This document shows, in pieces, positions 11,628 to 24,765 of a DNA stretch of 64,000 nt. The DNA is from Sphaerodactylus townsendi. Lineage: Eukaryota. Under the pieces are notes generated by a model. The model did not search any database and was not told where the DNA came from. It was given only the letters and a program-made list of their open reading frames with translations. The stretch lies in assembly GCF_021028975.2 (NCBI RefSeq), contig NC_059429.1, positions 84,692,001 to 84,756,000 on the forward strand, written 5' to 3'. The position numbers and the translations under genes were made by a program. How positions within the stretch are numbered: position 1 is the first letter of the stretch; every line of letters starts with the position of its first letter.

Positions 11628-13910
11628 AGCAGAACCATTTTATTTTTACCACCCAGCTGCCTGATCTCCCCGCCCCACTGCCTGCCCCCCTGAGCTCCCC
11701 ATCTGACGATCATTCAAGCTGCCACTCACAAACAACAACCAATCAGAATGCAGGACACTGAGCATGCTCAGATACGCTTGCAATGTAAATACAGAAGTCC
11801 CAGAAGTCTTCACTGGATTCCTTCACAAAACGGACAGCCATGCGAAGGGAGAAACCAGGATGAAACAGACCCAGATTGTAAGAAACTGGTTGTAACCAGG
11901 TATGATTGTGCCATCCGGAAACGGCCAGTATCACGGAGAGTTGTCCAGAGACACTGAACACTGTCTATTGGGAAAGTGGACTTCTTGTAGGGAAAAATGG
12001 TCTCTTAGGGTTACGCAGAGTGATCCTAAATCTCCCTAGTCAAAAGGGATTTCCTGCCCTTCCTGGGAAGGACAAGAGACAGACATCAACTTTAATAGTG
12101 GGTCATCAGTCTAATGGGTTTAGACATCAGCCTGATGTACCCCAGGAAGTTACCTGAAGAGATTACAGCTGTGAAACAATGATAATGTCAAGTAAGGTGA
12201 TTGCTAAAAGTGTTATTCATAGGAAGAAGTTAGTACAATACAGGACAGGTAAGCACATAAATACATTTTTGTCTTCTCTGGTACATATGGTCCAGGGCTG
12301 GAGATGGGAACTCTCTCCACACAAGATCTTTTGTCTAGACTTAATCCTGTCAGAAAGGTGTGAGAGGTCATTATGCAGGTTGCTTTGAAGGGAGACAGGC
12401 CCAGACCAAATTCTTGTCCTTTGTAGGCTGCCCAAAACCAGCTTCTCTATTGTGGCATTGCTCCTGGGCAATCCCAAGGTTGGTAGATGTGGTAGAGGTG
12501 CCACTGTCTTGAAACAGAGGCCCTTGATCCACCACCAGTAAAAGCATTTGAAAATGCAATGATGATTGACTAAAAGCATACATCATGGATGAGACTGACT
12601 GCTACAGGATAAGGCAAAAGAAGGGAAATTCATGGTAGAAAACTAAAATCCATCTTGTATCAAAGTTAACCAGCATAGGCTAAAACACAATTCAGAATGA
12701 AAAGGACAGTTTAACCACTCATATCATTCCAAGGGAAAAGCTAATTCACTTATTTAAAGGCATGTTTCACATGATTAAACAACCAGTAGTTAAAATCATA
12801 AACTTTGACTAAAAGCGTACACATTTGAATAAAAAATCTCAATTCATGGGGACAGCAGTACAGTTCATTAGATTAGTTGCATGGATTGAATACAAAACTC
12901 ACTGAAGCTGTAATGCCCACAAAGTCTCTGCCCCCCCCCCCCAGCACCCAAGTGGCGAATGCATAAATCTTGTCTTCACATCAAGTGCTGTTCCATCCCC
13001 CACCCTCATGAGTACAATGGAAAAGGTTGCTTGGAGCTGTGGCACTGAGCTTGCTGGGCTGCAGGTTGAGGAGTGAGGCACACTTGGCGAAAGCAAGCAA
13101 GAGAAGAGCGAGTGTTTTATGCTTCCAGCAGAGGCTACCCAGGGTCCCAGAAGTGTTGGCAAAGGCTGACATTACTTGTAGGCATGGCAGCCTGCACAGG
13201 GCATAGAATCAACAGCGTTAATGGATTGAGGCGCAATCAGTGCCAAAGGGTGGCGGAAGGAGCCGAACAGCTTCGGGTCCCCTCGCGAATTCCAGAAAAC
13301 AATGGAAGGTGCCTTAGTGTCTATCCGACTTAAGGCATGGCAGACAACAGGCAATGTGGGCTATGCATAATTAACAAAACCAGTAATAATCATGGAAAAA
13401 CAGTACGTATTCAATGAATTAGACTAAACAAAAATGTGCAATTCAAACATTTTGATAGAAGGAAAGGAAAATGAAAAGTAGAGGCATTTCACCATCCCCA
13501 CATCAACCAGATAGTGAGTTGTGAAAGTTCCCCCCCCCCTCCATTTCTGAAGAGGTGGGGCTACCAAGCTGGATCATCTTTGTTTGATACACACACCTAA
13601 ATAAAAGGAAAAACATTTGAGTTAAGTTCTCCCCTGCCTTGTTTCCAAAGAGGTGGGGCTAGCAAACTGGAGCATTTCTCTTTTTGCTACAGTTGGAAGG
13701 GGAAAAAAGGTTAATCTATCCCCTTTGGCTCAGCTGTTTTCCCATGTTTTGGTATTTGGCCCCCCAAAAACCGTTTAAAAAGCCAAATATAGCCTTCTTT
13801 TGTTTTTGGGTGATTCGCATTTACCGAATCACCAAGCCTATGGTAGTTGAAACAAACCATGGCTTCAAATGACATCTGAGCCAAGCCACTAATTAGCTAT
13901 GGTCATAAAG

Positions 13911-14142
13911 TAGGGTCCCCAGGTCCTCTGGCCACCAGCAGGGGATGTGAGGTTGCCAGATACAGGTTGGGCAACTGCTGGAGAGATGGGGATGGAGCCT
14001 GGGAAAGATCGTGAACTCAGTGGGAAACAATGCCATAGAGCCCACCCTTCAAGGCATCCGTTTTCTTCAGGGAAACTGAGCTCTGTCAATGAGCTGTAAT
14101 TCTACAGGATCTCCAGATCCCACCTAGAGTCTGGCATCCTTA
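13911..14142. mobile_element. Non-autonomous DNA element, TAGGGTTGCC-type ends
   Basis: Degenerate TAGGGT...GGCATCCTTA termini; related copies at about 47446-47672, 48995-49153 and 51086-51254. Confidence 0.55.
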
Positions 14143-14727
14143 TTGCAAAGGCAGCCAAAGAGGGTCTGTGACAGGATATGAATCTTAATGCCGTTCATCT
14201 CTTCCCTGTCCTTATTTTGCTAGCTGCTGTTTTTGAGCTTCAAATGTATCTCTTAGCCTACTTGCTACTGATTCATTGTCTTGTGAATCAGCTTCCATAT
14301 TAAGCATAAATCACCAAGGCAATATTTCCTCTGAACGTTTTCCAGAGGTGCAATAAACCATTTTGGCAGAACTTTTAATGGCTCCAGAGCCCCTCCCCCC
14401 ATGCTATTTAAGTCTCCTAAGTTAATTAGACCCTACTTGTTTATTTTTACAACAGGATAAAAGGCTGGGTGCAGATTTTGGTGCAGACACTTGGTGGCAG
14501 TGCTGTTAAAATATCTGAGTGTGCCAGTGTGAAATGTGGAGGTTCACAACCATCAGGATTCCTCTGTACTCAGCAAGAGGATGCCGGGAAGCCATGCAAG
14601 TAACCTTGCCCACCTCACCACACTCCAGCGGCAAAATCCATACTTTTCCTTTCCTCTTGAGATGTCTCATTTGTCACACACGTTGTATCAGAGTGTTCAC
14701 AGTCCCAGATTTTTGGCACAGTTTCTC

Positions 14728-14950
14728 CCAGCATGGCATAGTGGTTAAGGACAGTGGACTCTAACCTGGATTTGTTTCCCCACTCCTCCACATGAAGCCT
14801 ACTGGGTATCCTTGGCCAATCACAGTTCCCTCAGAACTCCCTCATCCCCACCTACCTCACTGGCGGGGAGGGAAGGAAAGGTAATTGTAAGCTGCTTTGA
14901 GACTTCTCATGGTAGAGAAAAGTGGGATATAAAAACCAACTCTTCTTGCT
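14728..14950 (+). mobile_element. tRNA-derived SINE (Squam3-like)
   Basis: Same head, body and tail as the 6722-7020 copy. Confidence 0.78.
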
Positions 14951-15959
14951 ATGAATATAATATGATTATTGCAACATCAGTTGGACAGTAGAGAGACCAA
15001 GTCATTTTCTGTGCATTGCTGTAATTATGGCTACCGCTGAGCTTGTTAGCAGCTAAACACCTTGTCTGTCAGTACCAGATATCCAAACCACTTCTCTCTT
15101 CCCTGCAGGTCACATTCTTTGGAAAATCTGGCCATAATTAGAGCTGTGGTATGCTTAAAGTCTGTCATTTATTTGGATGCCTAAATGAAAATGGAGCTCT
15201 TTGGAAAATCTGGTAGTAGGAACAGAAAAGAAAGAGAGAAAGGTTACATGTATAACCTGAATGACAAAAGGTGGCCAGCAAAATTCAGTGTTTGTTGTTT
15301 CCAGTAGAACTGCAGTTCCAGCTTATACAAAGTCATAATGTAGCAAATCAGAAAGGATCATCAAAACATTTAGGCCTTTTTTGCATGCACAGCTAACCAC
15401 AGATTTTCCTAGTGGTCAAAATTGATTTTTGGAAACGTTTTCTGTGAATTCATTCAACACACACCTCCTTTCCCCATCTTGTTTCCCCCCTTGTCTCTTC
15501 AGTTGCATTCCACACACTACAGCTGAAAACATATTATTCCTAATTGTGGCCGGATATCATTCATGATGCAGAAGAACAACTCTCCTCTTCAGCCTCCTCT
15601 TTGTCCTCCATTTTCAAAAGGAATTTTTGAATATTTTTTCTCTATTGCATTAGTTATGTAATGTAAGGGCACAGACATAAGCTAGGTTGATTGTATCAGC
15701 TTTGTTAATTTCATCCTGAATAAGCAATGCCAAATTAATGCAAGGGAAATTGCTTTTGCAGGAGGAAATTGACAAGGGTTTGCCTGAGTAAATATTGTGC
15801 TTTACTACAGTAGTTCCTTGTCAACGTCCTCCTGGAAAAGCAACTTTCCTTGTCAATTTCTCTCCTTACTGGACACATTGTATCTTCTGCTTAAAATGGC
15901 AACTCTCCCTTGGGATGAAATTGTCAAACTGATACAATTGACCTGACTTGTATCTGAGC

Positions 15960-16112
15960 CAGGGCTGGAACAAGGGGGAATTGTGCCCGGGCCCCCCACA
16001 TGCACCCTGTGCCCCTGCCACACCCCTGCCTGCTCTGAATGCCACCATGCCCTCACACTGGGGCACGCCCAGTGCGTCACGCACCCCCCTCCCCCTTGGT
16101 GCTATGCCATTG
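15960..16112. mobile_element. hAT-type MITE nested in an older palindromic element (about 15660-16130)
   Basis: Near-perfect 8-bp TSD ATCTGAGC/ATCTGTGC. Removing it restores the right arm of an inverted repeat whose left arm is aagggcacagacataagctaggttgattgtatcag at about 15665-15700. Confidence 0.6.
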
Positions 16113-16239
16113 ATCTGTGCCCTTACTTTACATTTCTAATATGACAGAATTTATTTTTAAAAATCCTTTTGAAAATAAAGGATGAATGGGGGGAGAAAAT
16201 GGCTGAAGGGAATGTTGGTCGACTATACAAGGGTATAGT

Positions 16240-16393
16240 CCTTATATATATTAAGGAAGTCTGAACACAGTGTGTAAGAAACTTCCCTCTGTGATACACC
16301 TCTGAAGATGCCAGCCACAGATGCAGGCAAAACGTTAGGAGCAAGATCCGCCAGACCCCGGCCACACAGCCCGGAAAACCCACCAGAACCAGT
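16240..16393 (+). mobile_element. Penelope-like retroelement pseudo-LTR fragment with hammerhead ribozyme relic
   Basis: cctCTGAAGAtgccagccacagatgcaggcAAAACGTTagg...ggccacacagcccggaaaacccacc; related to the hairpin insertion at 31457-31596. Confidence 0.7.
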
Positions 16394-17904
16394 TTATACT
16401 TGAGGTTTATGTTCTGCACAGGATTCAGACAGGTCAAGAAGACAGGATAAAGATCAAGAAGCACTTCTTGTCAGTTAGTATTTAAAAATATAGTCATACT
16501 CTCAGTTAGAATGTAGACGTGCATGGCCCTCATTTCCTTCCTTACAAGAAAAACCTTGTGGCTTCTCTCTTTCCATCAGTAGGCATTCAAGTTAGCCTTT
16601 GGGCAAGATGAAGTGAGCCATTTACCTCACCTCTGCTGCGAAGGTCCAGAAAACACAGCTTGTCTGCAGTTTTCAAGGGCGTTGCTGTATTGGCTGCAAT
16701 TGGCTCATAGGTTGTTCACAGCTGTGACCGTGAGAAGCTCACTTATATTTCTAAATGAAGTTTGACACTCTTGAGAATAAGAGTCTGTTCCAGACCATTT
16801 TTTTTGAAAAAGATGATTTTATATTCATTTAACATTCATGCTAACTCTGATGCCGCAGATGCAGTGTAATATGTCAACTTCAAATAATGGAAGGGAAGGC
16901 AGCCTATCTGTAGGGAGTGGTCTCACTTTCTTCATTGTCTTTTCCTAATAGGGGCACTGATTGCAGAAATCATAATGAACTGGGGGAAAGGGAAATAGTC
17001 ATGAAATGGGGAGTGTGTGTCTTTCCAGGTGTATCTGTGGGGTTTTTTTTAATTCATGGCTGCATGAGCATACTCAACGCTATCACTGAGAAGGTAACCA
17101 AGATACAGCATTGGAGGATAATACCTGTGCCAAGCATGAAGGAGCAGATAGACAGAATTAGCCTAAAAAGCAGGATCAGTCCCTCTCCCTAAGAAAGGGG
17201 GAACCATTTGGATCCATCCCCACTTCTTCTTCCAGACAGCAGACTTATTTTTCTTTGTTACTGCCCACAGTGTGTCTGCAAACAAGAGCAAGTGCATGGA
17301 CTACTGCACTTTGAGATACTTCAATTCAACACCCCCAACCAAAAATCTTACTGGCTTATATTAAGGAAGTCACTACTATCCTTGCCATTTGCCCAGGAGT
17401 GGGGTGGGTGGGCGGGCTTTCACTGCTAGGCTCCAGTGGGAACAAATATCAGGGATGACCAGCAATACCGTGCAACATCACACTGTCACCTCTGGTTTGT
17501 ACCCAGAAGTGATGTCACAGTGCTCTAGGAATTTGCCCATTCTCCATGGTAAAATAATATTGAATTGAGTGAATTCATAGTGTCCTAATGTCACTTATGG
17601 ATACAAACCAGAAGTTATGTTCCATAACATTGCTCCCTGCCCCAAAATACCCCTTTATGACTACCTCTCATTTTAACCATACTTAGAGTACAAATTTTAC
17701 AGCATCAGGTTGCCAACCAAAGAAGTCATAATAAGAAAAATATAATTATGTAGTGGGAAAACAGATGTGCTGGATGCATAATCAACACTGATCTTGTTAG
17801 CGAAATGGTCAGGCCAGGTAGTTTTGCTACACTTTGTCATGTGTCAGTGCTACTGAAGTGTCCCCTGACAGTGGAAATGAAATTACCAAAATAGTGAGCA
17901 GTGA

Positions 17905-18533
17905 CTCAAATCCTGCAAACCAGGTGGACAACATTTGGGTAAAAATTAACGGGGAGAGAAACAGCACTGATCTCATTGTGGGGATTATAGACCCCCATGC
18001 CAGTCTGAAGAGATGGATGATGCATTTTTGGAACAGATGACCAGAACTTTCAGAAAGGAAAGAAGTAGTAGTAATGGGAGATTTCAATTCTCCTGATTTT
18101 TGTTGAGAGTCAAACTCTTCCATGGCAATCAGGTCCAACAAATTTCTCACTTGCCTTGCAGACAATTTCATGGTCTAGAAGGTGGAAGAAGCAACAAGGG
18201 GAATGGCTATTTTAGATCTGCTCCTAACAAATAATGATGTCCTGATTAGGGAAGTGGAAGTGGTAGGATCCTTAGGTGGGAGTGATCATGTTCTTCTGGA
18301 GTTTGTTATGCAGTGCAAAGGAGATGCTAAGCGTAGTCATACACGCATTCTAAACTTCAAGAAAGCAGATTTCAGTATGCTTAGGAATCTACTGGGTGCG
18401 ATCCCATGGTCAAAAATACTAAAAGAGAAGGAAGTGCATGATGGCTGGGAGTTTCTTAAAAGTGAGATCTTGAGGGGACAATTTCAAACAGTTCCAATGA
18501 GGAGGAAAAATGGGAGGTGTCTCAGGAAACCAG
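17905..18533 (+). mobile_element. CR1 LINE ORF2 fragment, endonuclease half
   Basis: IWVKI..YRPP..MGDFN..TRGMAILDLLLTN..LGGSDH..FKKADF..WEFLKSEIL..PMRRKNGRCLRKP, with stops and a frameshift. Confidence 0.9.
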
Positions 18534-18845
18534 AAATGCGAGGAAAGCCCACTATGAGCCCCAGTGTGCAGACAACAGACTCAGCGTAAGTGTTCCATGC
18601 ATAATGGGCCTTCAAGGAGATTAAATAGAATATAAGGTTTCACTGAATAAAAAATGTACATCAACAATCTTATTTAATGCCAGTTAAAAAGCAAAGCATA
18701 TACCAACAGTACCAATAGATAGTTTGCTTGGGCAAACTGGTATCAGTAAGAAACAATGAAATGTTGTGGGAAGGACATATTTAAGAGTCATAGATCACTT
18801 TTTAATATTTCCTTTTTGTTTTCTCTCAGATAAACTATCTAGACA

Positions 18846-19776
18846 ATGAAGGTGATTATCAGCCTGATGTTCCCACTCATACTTGTTCTACTCTGTGAAG
18901 TAAATGGGCAGAGGCGCAGACCTCCAAAGAAACGTGTTACTCCTCCACCTGTGGAACCAGTTGAGCCTACAGAGTTGCCTCCGCCCTTGCCACCAGGACC
19001 TCCTTCCATATTCCCTGACTGCCCTAGAGAATGCTTTTGCCCTCCAGATTTCCCTTCAGCCTTGTACTGTGACAGCCGCAATTTGAGGAAAGTGCCCATC
19101 ATTCCATCCAGGATCCACTATGTCTACCTTCAGAACAACTTCATTGAAGACCTTCCTGAGGAATCCTTCAAAAATGCCACAGAGGTGAGGTGGATCAATC
19201 TGGACAACAATCGTATCAAAAGGGTAGACAAACGGGTAATGGACAAGTTGGAGAGTCTTGTCTTCTTGTACATGGAGAAGAATCATCTTAAGGAAATCCC
19301 AGGCAATCTGCCTCCAAGTCTGGAGCAGCTTCGGCTGAGCAGGAACAGAATCTCCAAGATATCCCCCAATGCCTTCAACAAACTGGAGCACCTCATTCTC
19401 CTAGATCTCCACAACAATGAATTGAACGATGCAGTCTTCAATAAGAACACATTCAAGGGGCTCAAGAATCTTATGCAGCTCAACTTAGCTCGCAACATAC
19501 TAAGGAAGATGCCACCTGGAATTCCCACTGCTGTCTACCAGCTCTTCCTAGATAAGAACAACATTACTGACATCCCCAGCAATTACTTCAAGGACTTCTC
19601 CAACTTGGCATTTCTCAGGCTTAACTACAATGGCCTCACTGACAAAGGGCTACCCAAGAGCACTTTCAATATCACTAACTTGCTGGTCTTGCATCTGGCA
19701 CACAACAAGCTTACCAACATCCCGTACATCAGCCCCAAGTTGGAGCATCTCTACTTGAATGATAATTCAATTGAAA
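18846..19776 (+). CDS. PRELP: Prolargin (PRELP), first coding exon
   Basis: Signal peptide, basic/Pro-rich N-terminus (QRRRPPKKR...LPPPLPPGPPSIFPDC), class II SLRP cysteine cluster CX3CXCX9C (CPRECFCPPDFPSALYC), then LRRs. Polypyrimidine tract and AG acceptor at 18828-18829; donor A|GTGAGT at 19777 (phase 1). Confidence 0.97.
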
Positions 19777-20798
19777 GTGAGTCAGTACAGGCAGAACATT
19801 AATTAAATATATGGGAGAGCATGTTTTCTTGGGTTTTTGGTGGGGGAGGGAGGGATGGAGAGTAACCTGCTTAAGAACAGCCTTATTGTTAAAGGCTAAG
19901 TGTTGGTTATCAAAGCCCGAAAGAATAATGCTCAGATTGAATAATCAAATTGGCATAAATTATGAGTATCCTATTCTTTTGCTTTACTTTTGGGAAACCT
20001 CTTAAAATTCTGGTTCTGGATATTCTTGGATTTATAGCTTCTGACTTAAAACTTCTGACAAGAGTAGAGGCTTTTAAATATTTTGTAAATTGGTCAGCAT
20101 GCCTGTAAAGCAGAATGACAATTACCTTTACTTGCAGGTGCATGTATGGTCTTGGAATAGGGTATGAAATCCAGAGGTGGAGATCTGTAGGAGTTCTTTG
20201 TGCAGTTCCAGCAAAGTCATACTCATTTCACAGAGCTGTGGGAATTTAAAAAAAATTATTTTGTGTCTGCCCCAGATGTTTATGCTGTTGGAGCTCCTAC
20301 CACCTGCTGCCTTGATTAAAAACATCTGCAGGGGAGCAGGAATGCAGAATTCCTTCCAGAAATGTTTAGCAAGGATAGGAAACAATAAGTCCCAACACTT
20401 AAAAAGAAGGCCAAGTGTATTGTATTTTATCCCTGTGTTAAACCTTCAGAAGAGGTTAAATCTCCAGAAAAGCCACTGACAGACCATTGAAGCCTACATA
20501 CGGAAGACCTCCAAGGATATAGAAACACATCTGAGTAAATTTAATACACAACTGGGATCTCAAGACAATAACATTCTTTCGGAATGAGGACAGCTCATTG
20601 ATACAATATTGATGACATAATGCCAAACATAATGCTGAACAGGCAGAATTCCAGAAAAACAGTTCTTCCTTTAAAATTATACAGCTTTATCTTAAATTCG
20701 TCACTTAGATTCATACTAGCCTTTTAGATTCAAATGGAAGGTCATTCTACAGTCACACTGTAAATCTTTCCTTTGGGAATACAAAGGCAGGAGACCTA

Positions 20799-21080
20799 CG
20801 CCCTTTCCCCACTTTCCTTAAGCCCCGCGCTACTCTCCTAAAGTAGCGCGGGGTTCAGCATCCCTCCCCACTTCAGGGGCGGCGAGAACGCAGCTGCCCC
20901 GACGCTGCTTCTCTCGCGCCCCCTCGACGCGCGGAATTTCTGGCGCCTCATCAAATGGCGCCTTTCGACGACCCTGCGCAGAGCGCGGGATCATGGAGAA
21001 ACCGGGGTGCGCGCCAGGAATTGCGCGCGCTGGGAATTGCCCGCAGCAACCCTCGGGCAAAGGTGAGTGGGGAAAGGGCC
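20799..21080. mobile_element. CpG-rich PIF/Harbinger-type MITE in the PRELP intron
   Basis: TIRs GCCCTTTCCCCACT and AGTGGGGAAAGGGC; 3-bp TSD CTA (20796-20798 and 21081-21083). Confidence 0.8.
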
Positions 21081-21852
21081 CTAGTGTAAAAGGCAAACTG
21101 TGAAGCTGAGATTTATTTGGACTGCTTTCTTGCTAAAGCAGCAACACTGAAAATGATGATTACTTATAGTTCTCACAGAACTCAATATTGAAATCTGCCC
21201 CATGATAGAAATAATTCAGTGGGCAACCTTAAGATTTTTAAGTCCTTTGGGGGATTTTCAAAAATGAGACTTCAAGGATTTAACATTTCTTTTGAAAGTC
21301 ATGTACGTGTTTCTGTGCATCAGTGATTCCATTTGTACAGTTGGGATGAAAGCAGTTCCTCTCAGCAAAGGCATGACTTCTGAGGTTATACACACAACTG
21401 ACTGGAAATGGGAAGCCTTCAATTCAATTATTTCAGTTAGAGGACACTTCAGTGAAGAGACTACCGATATGGTATGCCAAAATAGACTTTTGCACTTAAC
21501 ACCATTTGCATAGCCTGAGTCAGCATCCCAGTCCCCACCTCCAGTCCCAAAGTAGCAGAAAATAGTAAAAGAGTGACAAGCCTGAAAATAAGAATAATTT
21601 TCAACTTAGTCCGATTCGAGTTAAGTTGTAACATAGTCACATGAGTGATATATCCATATTTGTAGATGTATGTAAAATGGAGGGATAATTACAAAGTTAT
21701 TAAATACAAAATATTTTAGGATATCACTTGGTTTACAATGACAATCCTGGCTATCAGAAAAACACAGAGCTCTTCTTTACAGATTCATATTGGTCTAATG
21801 GTACTTGCCTCTTGTCCAGTGTCAGCATTTCTTAATTGTAACTTGAATGGAT

Positions 21853-22073
21853 AGTCAGCATGGTATAGTGGTTAAGAGCAGTGGATTCTAATCTGGAGAA
21901 ATAGTCCTCCACTCCTCCACATGAAGCCTGCTGGGTAACGCTGGACTAGTCACACAGAATTAACTCAACCCAAGGCAAGCAATGGCAAACCTCCTCCGAA
22001 CATCCCTTGCATTGAAAATCCTATGGGATAACCATGTCATCTGTGAATTGATGGCACTTTCCACCACCACCAA
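21853..22073 (+). mobile_element. SINE with Squam3-like head and Sauria/RTE-like tail
   Basis: Head matches the 6722 and 14728 copies; tail ggcaagcaatggcaaacc...tgatggcactttccaccaccacc. Confidence 0.6.
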
Positions 22074-23731
22074 CTTGAACTAGAGAAGAGAGAGTGTTGT
22101 TTGTGCATGCAGTGGTGGTGGTGGGGAACTCCAGGCTCCACCACAAACTGCTGGGCTGGGCTCTCTGTGGCAGCAGCCATCCCCACCGTAGAGAGCTTGG
22201 CCCTGCCAAGGGATCCCTGGGGGGGGGGGGGGATGGGATTCCTCTATTTGTGATGGCATTTCCTCCCGTCCCCTTGAGATGGGAGGAGAGGATTCTCCAC
22301 ATGAGTTGTGTGGGCCCCTATTTGACATACCTATAGTTCTTAAAACAAGCACATAGAGGGGAGCAGGTAGAGGTTTTTAAACAACTGAATGTGTTCCCTC
22401 AGAGTTCAAGAACGTTATCCCAAATGGAAGCAGTTTTAAAATGTGTTACAAAAAAAATCTTATTAGTATATCTGAACAAAATAGCATGGGCAGGCAAATC
22501 TACAACAGTGATTCAATAACTATTGTAATATTGTGATTTCAATTGTGAGCTACCTCCATCAGGACTTTGGCATAGAAATATCCTAAATAAACATATTGAT
22601 TAGTTAATAAAATAGAAAAAATAGACACAAAAGAAAAAGAAGGGTTGATTTTAAACATGCTTGCTGCTTTGGATTTGAATTCCCTGCATGGAAGTGTGAC
22701 TTCCCTACCATCCCATTCCCACTGCATCCTGAAATGCTCCCCCAAACATTGTTCCATAAAACCTATCTCATTGCAATAAGCATAGGAAAAACATGATGGC
22801 ATGTATCTGAACTTGCTTAGCAGTAGGTGAAGTTACATATGGCTGCCAGGGTCTAGTTTAGGAAATTCCTGGAGATTTTGGAGGGACTGAGCCTGGTGAG
22901 GCCATGATTTAAAGAGAGAAGGTCTTCATCAGGGCATATTGCCTAGTGGTTGGTAACCGTATAAATTAATATCTTAAATTGGGTCTTTAAGGGGAAAATA
23001 ATGGCAGTTACTTGATTTCTGCCTCCCCTACTAATTTTGGGATCGTCTGCCATAAAAATCTACTAGAGCATTTACAAGAAATCCAAATCTGCGCAACAGG
23101 TGGAAAGTGAGATTGGTGATATTTCAGGGTCTGAAGTCATCCCTAACTGCTTTGCAGGCGCCTAAGCTGGAATTTCCTTAAACGATTTGATCCAGCCTTA
23201 GAAAACCTAATCAAATAGGCCCAGTTTGGATCTCTTGTAATGTTCACACCAGCTCCATAAGGTAGCCCACTGAATATTCCCATTTTTAACAAATGAAAAT
23301 GATAGTTTTGATTAGCTCAAGGCCACCCAGTGGGTTTGTTATGAATAACTAGACTTCCAGACTCCAAATTACAGGTATGCTATGATTTCCATTCACTAAC
23401 AAATACTAATAAAACACATCGTTGCAGGTGAGCAACTTTAACCAGACGAAGTACGAATTAAATTTATACTTGTGCAAATTTTGCAGAAGCAATTATGTAT
23501 GCATATGAAAAGACAAGCAGCAGGTCTACACTGATGTTATGGTAAATCTGAGATAACAGAGCTTTGAAGAAAGAAAATCTCAGAGTCCAGCTCTGGGCCT
23601 GTCTGGGCTTTGCAGCTCGGGCTCTTCCTCTTCCATCTTTTTTGCTGCCAAGTCCCAGCAGACTAATAACAACCTCAGATTTCAAGGCAGGTGATACTAG
23701 GAGGTGGTTTGCCATTGCCTGCCTCTGCAGG

Positions 23732-24146
23732 TGTCACGACCAAACCCAGTGACCTTGAGGACTCCTTGGAGAAGGAGAGTCCCTGTGCAGCTGGCAGCAG
23801 ATGACCAGCAGAGAGATCAGGCCCTCCCAGAGATGCAGCCAACAGTTAGCTCAGAGGCACTTCCAATACTTGACTCTGAGGCAGCCAGGGCAGACCAACC
23901 ACCTGGCACCAGCTCTCCAGGGTCACCCCCTCTCCCCCGAATCTGTAGAAAGAGGCTAAGGGCAGAATTGCAGCTGTGAAGACACAGTGTGAGCCTGGCT
24001 GTTCAGCGCAAGCTAAAGGCTCGCAGCGGAGATGAGCCTTCACGGTAGGTCTCCTGTAAGCAGGGGTGTAGATTTGAAATACGGCATCCCACACCTGTGC
24101 CCCGAAATGAACCCCCCCCCACACACACACCGAAGCAGCCCTCACA
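23732..24146. mobile_element. Possible solo LTR
   Basis: Starts TGTCACGA and ends ...CCTCACA; GC-rich relative to its flanks; no clear TSD. Confidence 0.35.
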
Positions 24147-24765
24147 CAAAACCTCTTTTGGTGCCTTTAAAATTAAGTTATTTCCCTTTAAGCTGAACAC
24201 ATCAAGGCTGGCAAAACACTGGAGACAGGGACAAGGCTGGCTGGAAGGGCCCTACACACTTGGATAGAAGGAAATTTAGCTGCATTTAAAAGACATTCCT
24301 TTAAAATGCAGCTAAGTTTCCTTCTATCTGAGTGCACTGAGGCTGACAAAACCCATCAGGTGGAGCCAAGGTCAGGGAGGGCATGCTCCTTCCTTTGCCT
24401 TGTCCCCACGCCCAAGTCCCTTGCTGGCCCTGGTGCCACTTGGTTAGAGGAAAGGAAGCTGAATGTTAAAGGAATGGTTCCTTTAAAATTCATCTAACTT
24501 TCCTCCATCTGAACAGTGCCATGCTGAGGCTGGCAAGACACTAAGGGCAAAGACAAGGCCAGGGAAGGAGGGCGCCCTCCCTGGCTTTGTCCCTGCCCCC
24601 AGTGTTGTGCTGACCTCAGCATGCTCAAAGATACATAATCTTAATTTTAAAAACACCCAAAGGGGTTTGTTTGTTTTTGCAGGAGTGGTCCTCCTCACTA
24701 CGCTTCTGCCTGAGAGGCAGGCTGTATGCTGAGTTCCTTGTGGATGGCTGTAAAGCCTTCTAGAG

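Noticed and set aside
12890-13360. CpG-containing segment with short ORFs on both strands
   Set aside because: No recognisable protein, splice structure or termini; could not be assigned.
5500-18829. Non-coding first exon and promoter of PRELP
   Set aside because: Expected upstream of the acceptor at 18829, but several donor-like and TATA-like candidates cannot be told apart without transcript data.
19777-19802. PRELP ORF read-through to the stop at 19802 (..ESESVQAEH*)
   Set aside because: Intronic; a strong GTGAGT donor at 19777 and an in-phase downstream exon supply the true C-terminus.
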